Positions 55,863 through 64,000 of a stretch of DNA of 64,000 bases are shown piece by piece (positions within the stretch are counted from its first letter, which is position 1; each line of letters begins with the position of its first letter). The stretch comes from an uncultured Kiloniellales bacterium (GTDB taxonomy: Bacteria > Actinomycetota > Acidimicrobiia > Spongiisociales > UBA5794). The notes beneath the pieces are model-generated. The model made no database searches. It saw only the letters and a program-made list of their open reading frames with translations, and was not told where the DNA came from. The position numbers and the translations under genes were made by a program. The stretch is taken from assembly GCA_964195155.1 (NCBI GenBank), contig CAXMOP010000045.1, forward strand, positions 23,636-87,635. Reading direction: 5' to 3'.

Positions 55863-56750
55863 CTAGCCCGCATCGCCTCCGAGCGGCGAAATCACGACGG
55901 CGCGACGGGGGTCATCGCCCTCCGAATGGGTGCGAACACCCTCAATATCTGTGGCGGCGTCGTGAACGACCTTGCGATCAGCGGCGTTCATCGGCTCGAG
56001 CATGATCTCCCCACCGTCGGCAAGCACCTGGTCGGCGAGCTTCTTGGTGTAGATGGTCAGGGCTTCGCGTCGACGCGCCCCATAACCGGCAATGTCGATG
56101 CGCATCCTCGGGGCACCGAAGGTCTTACGCTGTACCGTGGTTCGCGTCAATTCGAGCACCGAGTACATGGCAGCACCCTTCTGCCCAACCAACGCCTCGG
56201 TCTGCTCACCGACGACATCGAGGTAGAGCACCTCATCCTCGATCCGGGATTCGACCTTCCCCTCCAGGCCGAATGCATCGAGCAGCCCATCGAGAAATGC
56301 GGTCGCCACTTCTGCCTGCTCCTCGATCGGCGCCGGCTCCGGGCGCTCACGCTTATCGTCCTGAGATGTATCCATTCGACTCTCCCCGTCCTGCTTGGCC
56401 GGCCGATCCTTCGCCTGGTTCGATGCGGTTTTTCCTTGGTACTGCTTGCTTTTCTGACCCTTTTGAGTCCCTTGACGCTTCTGGTTTCGTTGGCCGCCCT
56501 GGCTCTTCTTCGCCTGCTGCTGCGAGCTCCCCGTGCTCGCCCCGCCGCGCCGTCCGCGACGGCGGCCGCCCTTTCTTGGACTCTTGACCACCTTCACGAT
56601 GGCGGGCTTGCTGCCAACGCCGAGAAACCCTCCGGTCGCCTGTTGCAGAACCTCGACCTGGGCATCCTCGACGGATTCGATGCCCAACTCCTCGAGGGCT
56701 GCCTCCACGGCAATATCCACACTCCCGCCGGTCACTTCAACCCACTCCAT
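55863..56750 (-). CDS. Jag/SpoIIIJ-associated RNA-binding protein (KH + R3H domains)
   Basis: A C-terminal R3H region and a basic Gly/Arg-rich linker. Synteny downstream of yidC. Confidence 0.7.
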   Translation of the reverse strand: MEWVEVTGGSVDIAVEAALEELGIESVEDAQVEVLQQATGGFLGVGSKPAIVKVVKSPRKGGRRRGRRGGASTGSSQQQAKKSQGGQRNQKRQGTQKGQKSKQYQGKTASNQAKDRPAKQDGESRMDTSQDDKRERPEPAPIEEQAEVATAFLDGLLDAFGLEGKVESRIEDEVLYLDVVGEQTEALVGQKGAAMYSVLELTRTTVQRKTFGAPRMRIDIAGYGARRREALTIYTKKLADQVLADGGEIMLEPMNAADRKVVHDAATDIEGVRTHSEGDDPRRAVVISPLGGDAG

Positions 56751-56754
56751 CGGT

Positions 56755-57615
56755 CTACTTCCTCCTCCGACCCTTTTTCTTCTTGCTGGTATTCGGCGGG
56801 GGGCCCTTCGCATCGCCATCTTCGGGCAGCGCTTCAGGTTGGCCCTCTCCTGCCTGTCGCAGACCTTCCTTCAAACGGGACACCGGGTTCCGATCATCCA
56901 TCCAGAAGATCAATGACTGCTGTCCGATACGAAAGACGCTCGACGTGGCGAAATAGATACCGAGCCCCGAGGTCAACGACCACGTGATGAACCCGAAGAA
57001 CAACGGCATGATTTTCATGGCCGTTTGCATGCTCTGCTGTTGCGCCGTCTTTTCCACTACCTCGCCGTTGCTACTCCGCATCTGGGTCGTTTGGTATTGC
57101 TGGTAGAACCCGGCCGCCACGATGAAGATCAACAGGACGATATAGGGTATGGCCGCCAGGATGTCCCCGCTACTGAAAGCGTCTGGGATGGCGCTACTCG
57201 GAGACACGGTGAGATCCATGCCGAGGAACTGGGTGTTGATCGACTCACCGGGGGGTACCTCGATGTACTGCTCGGTGTCCCCCAACACCCGGAACAAGGC
57301 AAACCAGATCGGCATCTGGACGATCAGCGGCAAACACCCGGCGGCGGGGTTAACGCCCTTCTCCGAGTACAGGGCCATCAACTGCTTATTCAACACCTCG
57401 CGATCACCCTTCAGCTCCTTCTGGAGTCGCTTCACCTCCGGCTGAATCTCTTGCATGGCACGCATCGAACGGGTCTGCTTCAGGGTGAGCGGGAACATCA
57501 GCAGCGACAGCATGATGGTGAGCAGGATGATCGCGATGCCCAGATTTGGAATAATTTGGTAAAAGAAGTTGAGCGCATCGCCAAGGAGTTGCTGGAGCAG
57601 CGTCCACGGATTCAT
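56755..57615 (-). CDS. yidC: Membrane protein insertase YidC
   Basis: Conserved TM2/TM3 region [24 protein letters not shown]...[16 protein letters not shown]. Confidence 0.85.
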   Translation of the reverse strand: MNPWTLLQQLLGDALNFFYQIIPNLGIAIILLTIMLSLLMFPLTLKQTRSMRAMQEIQPEVKRLQKELKGDREVLNKQLMALYSEKGVNPAAGCLPLIVQMPIWFALFRVLGDTEQYIEVPPGESINTQFLGMDLTVSPSSAIPDAFSSGDILAAIPYIVLLIFIVAAGFYQQYQTTQMRSSNGEVVEKTAQQQSMQTAMKIMPLFFGFITWSLTSGLGIYFATSSVFRIGQQSLIFWMDDRNPVSRLKEGLRQAGEGQPEALPEDGDAKGPPPNTSKKKKGRRRK

Positions 57616-57890
57616 GGCGAGGCCATCCCGGGCTCGTCGCCCATCCCCGGTGGCACCGGATCGAGCCCGCCCTCATGGAACGGCTGACAGCGGCCGATGC
57701 GCTTGACGGCCAACCAGCTGCCCTTGACCGCGCCGTGCACCTGGATGGCTTCGTAGCCATAGTGGGAGCACGAGGGATAGAACCGGCAATTGCCCCCCAT
57801 GAATGGTGACAACACGATCTGATATCCCCGAACGAGCCACAACAGCAGACGAGCCGCAGGCCCCACCCGCGGTTGCTCTTGCTCGGTCAT
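57612..57890 (-). CDS. yidD: Membrane protein insertion efficiency factor YidD
   Basis: [27 protein letters not shown] signature. Confidence 0.8.
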   Translation of the reverse strand: MTEQEQPRVGPAARLLLWLVRGYQIVLSPFMGGNCRFYPSCSHYGYEAIQVHGAVKGSWLAVKRIGRCQPFHEGGLDPVPPGMGDEPGMASP

Positions 57891-58225
57891 CGATCGTTCT
57901 CCTCGGTTTCAACTATCGCCCGGCCCAAACCCGAGATCAAGGCCTCAAAAGGTCGCTCGACGGTGTCCGTCGAAGCAACCACGACGTATGCCGTGTCCGG
58001 CTGCAACTCCACCTGGCGGATCGCTTGCCTGAGCCGCCGCTTGGCGCGGTTTCTGGCGACCGCGTTCCCAACGCCACGCCCGGCAACGATACCCACCTGA
58101 GGTGGGCCCGATTCCCCAACACCTTGAATCACCAGCAACCCGCCGATCTCTGATCGCCGCCCCCGCCGGTAGAGCCCACCAAATCGGGAAGAGGCCAACG
58201 AGACGTATTTCGTTGTGCGGGCCAT
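57887..58225 (-). CDS. rnpA: Ribonuclease P protein component
   Basis: [23 protein letters not shown]... The RNR-motif region [14 protein letters not shown] is present. Confidence 0.8.
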   Translation of the reverse strand: MARTTKYVSLASSRFGGLYRRGRRSEIGGLLVIQGVGESGPPQVGIVAGRGVGNAVARNRAKRRLRQAIRQVELQPDTAYVVVASTDTVERPFEALISGLGRAIVETEENDR

Positions 58226-58369
58226 ATGCCGCCGGCTCCTCCACGCTGTCCATCGGTTCGCTCGCGTCGGCGGCCCGTTGGAGAACTCCCAAGCGCCCTC
58301 GGGCGAGGGTACTTGCAAATGACTCGTGCTGCGGGCTTGAGCCCGATTGAGGATTCCCAAGTACCCTCG

Positions 58370-58504
58370 TCAGGCAGTGAGCCGGCGCCGGCCTTTGAGT
58401 CGGCGATTCTTGACGACGGCGCGTCCACCACGAGTTCGCATGCGGACGCGATACCCGTGCTTTCGCTTACGACGTCGAACGTTTGGCTGGTACGTACGCT
58501 TCAT
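58370..58504 (-). CDS. rpmH: 50S ribosomal protein L34
   Basis: The minus strand encodes [44 protein letters not shown] (44 aa), a canonical L34. It is not in the ORF track. Confidence 0.85.
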   Translation of the reverse strand: MKRTYQPNVRRRKRKHGYRVRMRTRGGRAVVKNRRLKGRRRLTA

Positions 58505-58926
58505 GATGAGGTGCGCTCCCCAAACGCAGGGGAGCCATGGGGTCGAACACCGATAGTGTACCGCGGCGGTCTACCTACCCGTCTCCGCCAGGCACCTCGG
58601 GGTGTAGCCGGGACGCAACGCGACCGTGGACGCGAAAACTCCCACTTGGTCGCGAAACAACAGACAGGGGGCCTTTGCACCGTTCCGTGTCGAACTCGCG
58701 AAATCAATCCTTGGTGAGACCGGTCTGTTTCCCTTGCCCTCTATGAGTTTTTCGACTCACCGACCGGCGGCTCGACCCCCAGTAGCCGCGGATTTGCCGT
58801 TCTTGCTGCGGCGTTCGCCATCGCCATATACTCGCCGCCGCCTCAGCAACCGTCGCTGCTTCTCCGTCGAAGGAGGTTCAGCTCCCGGGCACCGGCTCTG
58901 ATGGCGGCCAGGAAGAGAAACCGAAG

Positions 58927-58958
58927 TTCTCCACAGCCTGTGGACAGGTATGTGGACA
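58927..58958. promoter_or_regulatory. Cluster of three DnaA boxes (TTCTCCACA fwd; CTGTGGACA and ATGTGGACA = TGTCCACAG/TGTCCACAT rev) at the dnaA 5' end
   Basis: Seen directly. They match the actinobacterial TTGTCCACA consensus in 7-8 of 9 positions. The third box overlaps the first in-frame ATG of dnaA. Confidence 0.55.
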
Positions 58959-60356
58959 GGAGCTGTGGTGGAAGAGGAGTTGGGAACGTTGGGGGAGGCG
59001 CAATCTACGACGGCCGAGTGGGACGCATTCCATAACGAGCTGCGCCAGCGTATTCCCGCCGCGGCCTGGCAGACCTGGATCGAGCCACTTGAGTCGTCCG
59101 CCGAATCAGGGTTAGTGCGGGTGACCGCGCCAACCGAATTCCATTACCGCTGGGTAGGGGACCGATACCTTCCCGTGCTCCAGGAAACCGCCCATGAGGT
59201 CCTCGGTGTCGATCTCGTGCTTGACTTCCGAGAAGATCCCGTGGCACCGGAGTCCACCGGACCGCCGGCCCCACCGGCCTCAAACCAATCGGAACTGCCC
59301 CTGGCCACGCCGCCGGCGCATCGGTTTGGCGATCCGCGCTTGGTTCCCAAGTACACGTTCGACAACTTCGTAGTCGGCCAGTCGAACCGGTTCTCCCACG
59401 CGGCGGCTCTCGCCGTGGCCGAACAGCCGGGGAGTAACTACAACCCGCTCTTCATCTACGCAAACGCCGGCCTTGGCAAGACCCACCTGCTTCACGCTGT
59501 GGGCCATCACCGCCTCGAGATCGATGAATCAGCGCAGATTCGCTACGTCTCCTCCGAGCAGTTCTTCAACGAATTCATCAACGGCATTCGCCGCAAACGC
59601 ATGGATGAGTTCAAAGATCGCTACCGCAAGATCGACGTTCTCTTGCTCGACGACGTGCAGTTCTTCGAGGGTAAGGAACAGATCCTCGAGGAGTTCTTCC
59701 ATACCTTCAACAGCCTGTACGAGGCCGGCAAGCAGCTCGTGATCAGCTCTGATCGTCATCCGAAGCACCTGTCGACGCTCGAGGACCGCCTCCGCAGCAG
59801 ATTCGAGTGGGGCCTGCTCACCGACATTCAGACCCCCGATGTCGAGACCCGGCTCGCAATCTTGCGCAAGAACGCCGAGTTTGCCCCGACTCCGGTTCCA
59901 CGAGAGGTACTGACCTACATCGCTGAGAACGTTCACCAGAACATCAGAGAGCTCGAAGGAGCGCTGACCAGGGTCACTGCCTATGCCGCCCTCACCAACG
60001 AGCGGATCACGCTCGCGATGGCCCAGGAGGTGCTGTCCGACATGATCCGGCACCACGATGACGCACCGCCGACGGCGGACCGGATCATTGCCGTGACCGC
60101 AGAACACTTCAATACGACCCCGTCCGACCTCATCGGCCCAAGCCGGAAACAACCCCTGGCTAGATCTCGTCAGATTGCCATGTACCTGTGCCGGGAGAAC
60201 ACCGAACTCTCCCTGCCCAAGATCGGAAAGGCCTTCGGGGGGCGGGACCACACCACCGTCATCCACGCGGTCAACAAGATCCAGACGCTCATGGGAAGCG
60301 ACAAGCAGGTATTCAACGAGGTTTCACAACTCGGACAGAAGCTGAGGACAACATGA
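58950..60356 (+). CDS. dnaA: Chromosomal replication initiator DnaA
   Basis: AAA+ motifs GNAGLGKTHLLHA, VDVLLLDDVQF, and C-terminal HTH (DHTTVIHAVNKI). The true start may be a downstream GTG (VVEEELG). Confidence 0.9.
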   Translation: MWTGAVVEEELGTLGEAQSTTAEWDAFHNELRQRIPAAAWQTWIEPLESSAESGLVRVTAPTEFHYRWVGDRYLPVLQETAHEVLGVDLVLDFREDPVAPESTGPPAPPASNQSELPLATPPAHRFGDPRLVPKYTFDNFVVGQSNRFSHAAALAVAEQPGSNYNPLFIYANAGLGKTHLLHAVGHHRLEIDESAQIRYVSSEQFFNEFINGIRRKRMDEFKDRYRKIDVLLLDDVQFFEGKEQILEEFFHTFNSLYEAGKQLVISSDRHPKHLSTLEDRLRSRFEWGLLTDIQTPDVETRLAILRKNAEFAPTPVPREVLTYIAENVHQNIRELEGALTRVTAYAALTNERITLAMAQEVLSDMIRHHDDAPPTADRIIAVTAEHFNTTPSDLIGPSRKQPLARSRQIAMYLCRENTELSLPKIGKAFGGRDHTTVIHAVNKIQTLMGSDKQVFNEVSQLGQKLRTT

Positions 60357-60533
60357 TTGTTTTCCCCAGGCCGACCGCGCCCGCCCGGTGTCCTGGGGAG
60401 AACATCGTTTTTGCCAACACCTGCTGTGGAGGAGAGTGGCCTTACGTGTCAAGGGTTCTCTTGACTTTTCCTCAATCCACACCCCCTACTACTACCACTA
60501 TCGTTTTCATTCATTAGGAAAGTAGAGACAACC
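60357..60533. promoter_or_regulatory. Candidate oriC (dnaA-dnaN spacer) with DnaA-box-like sites and an AT-rich unwinding stretch
   Basis: ctgtggagg (60423-60431) and tcaatccaca (~60472-60481). AT-rich actaccactatcgttttcattcattaggaaagtagagacaa lies at 60489-60529 in an otherwise 66% GC genome. Confidence 0.5.
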
Positions 60534-61613
60534 GTGCGCATCCGAGCTGAAAGAGACGACCTGGCAGACGTGCTGACCAGGGCCGGGCGGGCGGTGGGGA
60601 CACGGTCGCCGTTGCCGATCTTGCAGGGAATCTTGCTCGAGGTCGAGGGCGGCCGTCTCCAGGTCACCGGCACCGACAACGAGGTGACGGTGCGGTCCTT
60701 TCTCGATGTCGAGGGTCTCGAGGACGGGGCAACGGTAGTCCAGGCCAGGTTGGCGGCCGATGCGGTTCGCAAACTCCCCCTGGGGGCGGTCTCGATGACC
60801 GCCGCCGATGGAGAGGTGGAGATCACCGGCAACGGGCCGCGCTTCCGGTTGCGCGAAATGAACGTCGATGACTTTCCCACCGTTGCTGACAAGTCCGAGG
60901 GTGACAGCGTCGAGGTGGCGGGCAAGGACTTGATCGAGGCTTTGAGCCAGGTTGGCGTTGCCGCCTCGGGTGACGAGGCGAGGCCCACCCTGACCGGCGT
61001 GTTGTTCGAGGAGAACGACGGGGCACTACGGCTGGTCGCTACCGATTCGTACCGACTCGCCGTTCGAGACGTGCCGTCAATCGGTGCGGAAGGCTCGCGC
61101 CTGGTGCCGTACCGGGCGTTGCGTGAACTACAGCGGACCGTGGGAGACGGGAAGATGACGGTCACGCTGGGCGAACGTGAGGCAACGTTCGAGACGGAAC
61201 GGGGCCGGCTCACCGCACGCATCATCGACGCCACGTTCCCGAACTATCGCCAGCTCCTCCCGGACGAGTACCCGAACTCGCTTGAGGTGTCCAAAGAGGC
61301 GTTGCTCGAAGCGGTGGGCAGGGCCGCCCTCGTCGCCGAGGATCACATTCCGGTGCGCCTCAACCTGCATGACGGGGGCGTGGAGCTGAGCGTCATTCGC
61401 CAGGAAGTCGGCGAGGAAACTGAGCACATCGAGGGAACGTACAAGGGTGAGGAAATGACGATCGCATTCAACACGCGATACCTCACCGACGGAGCGACCG
61501 CGGTGGCCGGTGACACGGTGGTGCTCGAGACTACCGATGGGTTGAAACCCGGGTTGTTGCACGGGGCGGATGGCGACCAGTTCCGCTATCTGCTCATGCC
61601 TGTCCGGCTGTAG
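60534..61613 (+). CDS. dnaN: DNA polymerase III beta sliding clamp
   Basis: GTG start. Three-domain beta-clamp length (359 aa) and N-terminal RIRAERDDLADVL. Confidence 0.9.
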   Translation: MRIRAERDDLADVLTRAGRAVGTRSPLPILQGILLEVEGGRLQVTGTDNEVTVRSFLDVEGLEDGATVVQARLAADAVRKLPLGAVSMTAADGEVEITGNGPRFRLREMNVDDFPTVADKSEGDSVEVAGKDLIEALSQVGVAASGDEARPTLTGVLFEENDGALRLVATDSYRLAVRDVPSIGAEGSRLVPYRALRELQRTVGDGKMTVTLGEREATFETERGRLTARIIDATFPNYRQLLPDEYPNSLEVSKEALLEAVGRAALVAEDHIPVRLNLHDGGVELSVIRQEVGEETEHIEGTYKGEEMTIAFNTRYLTDGATAVAGDTVVLETTDGLKPGLLHGADGDQFRYLLMPVRL

Positions 61614-61622
61614 CTCGGTCCG

Positions 61623-62756
61623 GTGGAGCTCATCTGGATCGAGCTTGCCGGATTCCGCTGTTACGACACCCTCCGATTCGAACCCGAACCCGGGGTCAAC
61701 GTGCTGAGCGGAGACAACGGAGCGGGGAAAACTTCGGTGCTCGAGGCCATCGGCTATCTCGGTTTGCTGAGGTCCTTTCGCGGCACCAGCGACGAGTCCC
61801 TTGTTGCCGTAGATGCTGAATCCGCAGTGGTACGCGGGGAGTTTTCGGTGCCCTCCGGCACCGTCCTCGTCGAGGTCGAAATCCCACGGGAAGGACGGCG
61901 GCGCATCCAGCTGAATGGCAAGCGGCCACAACGAAACCGCGACGTTCTCGGTCAGGTGCCTCTGGTGGTGTTTCAGCCGGACGACCTCGACCTCGTGAAA
62001 CGGGGACCGGGTCTGCGTCGAGGGTATCTCGACGATCTCGCTGCCCAGCTCTGGCCGCAGGCCGTGGCCGATCAGCACGACTTCGATCGGGCGCTGCGGC
62101 AGCGAAACGCTCTACTGAGGCAGGAGGGGCGAGCTGCTGACCGCACGACACTCGATGCGTGGGACACCCAACTCGCTGCAGCGGGGGCGAGGGTCTTTGC
62201 CCACCGTCTTCGTTTGCTCGGGGAGCTCGAATCGCGCCTGGACGACGCCTATCAGGGTGTCGGCGCCGAGGGGCGACCCACATGGAAGTACTTGACGAAC
62301 TGGGGTGCCACCGCTGAATCCAGCGAAGTGGAAGCCGGCCAACACCTTGTCGAAGCGCTTACCAGGCGTCGCGAACGCGACTTCGATCAGCGGACCACCA
62401 CGGGTGGCCCACAGCGCGACGACGCCATGCTGATGGTCAGCGGCCGGCCGGCGCGCAGTATGGCCAGCCAGGGTGAGCAGCGCACGGTGGCATTGGCATT
62501 GAGAATCGCCGCCTATCGAGCCCTTGCCGCGCAACGGCCATCGTTGCCGGTGCTGCTGCTGGACGACGTCTTCTCCGAGTTGGACCCTTCACGATCGGAG
62601 GGTGTCCTCACGCTGTTTGACGAGGGGCAGGTTTTTGTCACTACCGCGAGAGATGATGCGGCAGCTGTGCAAGGCAGACGTTGGTTCGTCCGGGGAGGTG
62701 CCCTCAAGCGGGATGACTCAGGAGATGGGCTCGGGCGTGATGTTGGGGGTGGGTAG
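61623..62756 (+). CDS. recF: DNA replication/repair protein RecF
   Basis: Walker A GDNGAGKTSVLEAI, signature/Walker B LLLDDVFSELD. Confidence 0.9.
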   Translation: MELIWIELAGFRCYDTLRFEPEPGVNVLSGDNGAGKTSVLEAIGYLGLLRSFRGTSDESLVAVDAESAVVRGEFSVPSGTVLVEVEIPREGRRRIQLNGKRPQRNRDVLGQVPLVVFQPDDLDLVKRGPGLRRGYLDDLAAQLWPQAVADQHDFDRALRQRNALLRQEGRAADRTTLDAWDTQLAAAGARVFAHRLRLLGELESRLDDAYQGVGAEGRPTWKYLTNWGATAESSEVEAGQHLVEALTRRRERDFDQRTTTGGPQRDDAMLMVSGRPARSMASQGEQRTVALALRIAAYRALAAQRPSLPVLLLDDVFSELDPSRSEGVLTLFDEGQVFVTTARDDAAAVQGRRWFVRGGALKRDDSGDGLGRDVGGG

Positions 62757-62820
62757 ATGAGAGGGCGTGGTGTTGGGGTGGGTGAATGAACGGGCGTGGT
62801 GTTAGGGGTGGGTAAATGAC
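62733..62820 (+). repeat. G-rich ~30-bp tandem repeat x3, each unit ending in stop+ATG (TAGATGA / TGAATGA / TAAATGA)
   Basis: gggcgtgatgttgggggtgggtagatgaga | gggcgtggtgttggggtgggtgaatgaac | gggcgtggtgttaggggtgggtaaatgac. The recF stop is the TAG of unit 1, and the dciA ATG lies directly after unit 3. Confidence 0.8.
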
Positions 62821-63174
62821 ATGGTGAGAGCGAAATACTACAGCGGGGAGGAACCTCGCCGCGACCCCGAGGAGATCACCGAGGTGCTGGGATCGATCAT
62901 CGAAAGGGTGGGAACCGGCGCCGGCCCGGCCGGCGCAACCCTCGTTGCCGAGTGGGATGCGATTGCACCGGAGCGATGGAAGCTGGACGCCCGGCCCGTC
63001 GGTATCCGCCGTGGTGTGCTGCTCGTCGAGGTGTCATCCGGGGCGTCAGCAACCCTGCTCCGCCACGATACCGCCGCCCTGTTGAGCCGGGTCTCGAAGC
63101 GCCTCGGAGTCGGTGTCGTGGAGACAGTGAGGGTACGGGTTTCCAGCCCGTCGTCTCGGCGGAAAAACCTATGA
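62821..63174 (+). CDS. DUF721-domain protein (DciA-like, helicase-loading factor candidate)
   Basis: Position between recF and gyrB, as for mycobacterial Rv0004. DUF721-like LVAEWDAIAPERW...RRGVLLVEVSS. Confidence 0.65.
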   Translation: MVRAKYYSGEEPRRDPEEITEVLGSIIERVGTGAGPAGATLVAEWDAIAPERWKLDARPVGIRRGVLLVEVSSGASATLLRHDTAALLSRVSKRLGVGVVETVRVRVSSPSSRRKNL

Positions 63175-63255
63175 AAATCAAGGGAATTCGGTCGATTTGC
63201 GCTATCATTGACTGTAGGGAAATCGCCCCCGGAACCGGCCGGTGGGGGCACGCCA

Positions 63256-64000
63256 AAGGAGCTCCGTGACCCAGCCCCAACGCGACGCGAACGCGTCCTA
63301 CGAAGCAAAAGACATCAAGGTCCTCGAGGGCCTCGAGGCGGTCCGGAGACGGCCCGCGATGTACATCGGATCCACCGGTCCAAAGGGTCTCCACCATCTC
63401 GTCTGGGAAGTAGTTGACAACTCCGTTGACGAGGCGATGGCCGGCTACGGCACCCGGATCGAAGTAGCGCTGCTCGCCGACGGCGGCGTTCGTGTGCGCG
63501 ACAACGGGCGGGGGATTCCCGTCGCCAAGCATCCGAAGACCAAACAGTCGGCGCTCGAGACGGTGATGACCACGCTTCATGCGGGCGGCAAGTTTGATTC
63601 CGGCGCGTACACCGTGTCCGGCGGGTTGCACGGGGTCGGCGTCTCGGTGGTGAACGCCTTGGCCAAACGGCTCGACGCCGACGTGGTTCGGGACGGGTAT
63701 CGCTGGTCCCAAAGCTACGAGTATGGCGATCCGGTTGGCGGGGTGAAGAAGGGGCAAGAAGCAAAGCGAACGGGCACCCAGATCGTGTTCTGGGCCGATC
63801 CGGAGATCTTTACCGACGGTGTGGACTACGACACGAAGACCGTCGTCAACCGGCTCCGAGAGATGGCGTTTCTCAACAAGGGTCTCGAGATTCGGTTCCG
63901 CGACGAGCGCGGCGAGGACCCGGTCGAGGAGGTGTTCAAATACAGCGGCGGAATCGTCGACTTCGTCCAGCACCTCAACGCCAGCCGTGAACCGATTCAC
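63256..64000 (+). CDS. gyrB: DNA gyrase subunit B (N-terminal part; runs off the window end)
   Basis: GTG start. [50 protein letters not shown]...[15 protein letters not shown]. Confidence 0.9.

Noticed and set aside
62897-64000. 367-aa minus-strand ORF
   Set aside because: It is antisense to gyrB and the DUF721 gene. gyrB motifs ([18 protein letters not shown]) are unambiguous on the plus strand.

Overview
This window is a high-GC (~66%) actinobacterial chromosomal segment that ends in the replication-origin neighbourhood. The oriC-proximal gene order is Mycobacterium-like: sigM-like ECF sigma/anti-sigma, trxB, trxA, cwlM, then parB, parA, rsmG, jag, yidC, yidD, rnpA and rpmH on the minus strand, then dnaA, dnaN, recF, a DUF721/DciA-like gene and the start of gyrB. 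I see DnaA-box clusters upstream of dnaA and in the dnaA-dnaN spacer, and one near-consensus parS upstream of rsmG. The rest of the window is mostly housekeeping: a P-type ATPase 3' fragment, thrB, a CDF transporter, an ABC exporter, dinB, a fadD-like ligase, tRNA-Gly(CCC), a nitrilase, dcd, two class III adenylyl cyclases, dnaB, the rpsF-ssb-rpsR-rplI operon, panB, nfo, pyrE, uppS, msrB, cca, rnhA, a pilT-like ATPase and an HDAC-family protein. I found no transposase, integrase, CRISPR array or phage genes. Five unusual things stand out. (1) A ~115-bp MITE/REP-like element with terminal inverted repeats and CTAG termini occurs five times, always in the same orientation, and often supplies the stop codon of the neighbouring gene. 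(2) Short heptamer tandem repeats of (CGACTCG)n and relatives sit at at least five intergenic sites, and a G-rich 30-bp x3 tandem carrying stop+ATG lies between recF and dciA. (3) An Lgt-like gene is translationally coupled to a small membrane protein, a zinc-ribbon radical SAM enzyme with a Cys-rich C-terminus, and another small membrane protein. This is a candidate uncharacterised membrane/lipid-modification module. (4) Two tiny ribosomal genes that are absent from the ORF track are present on the minus strand: rpmH (44 aa) and a 30-aa mycobacterial bS22-like protein. (5) A 49-aa RHH-like ORF is coupled to a VOC gene. Many long antisense ORFs in the track are GC artefacts.
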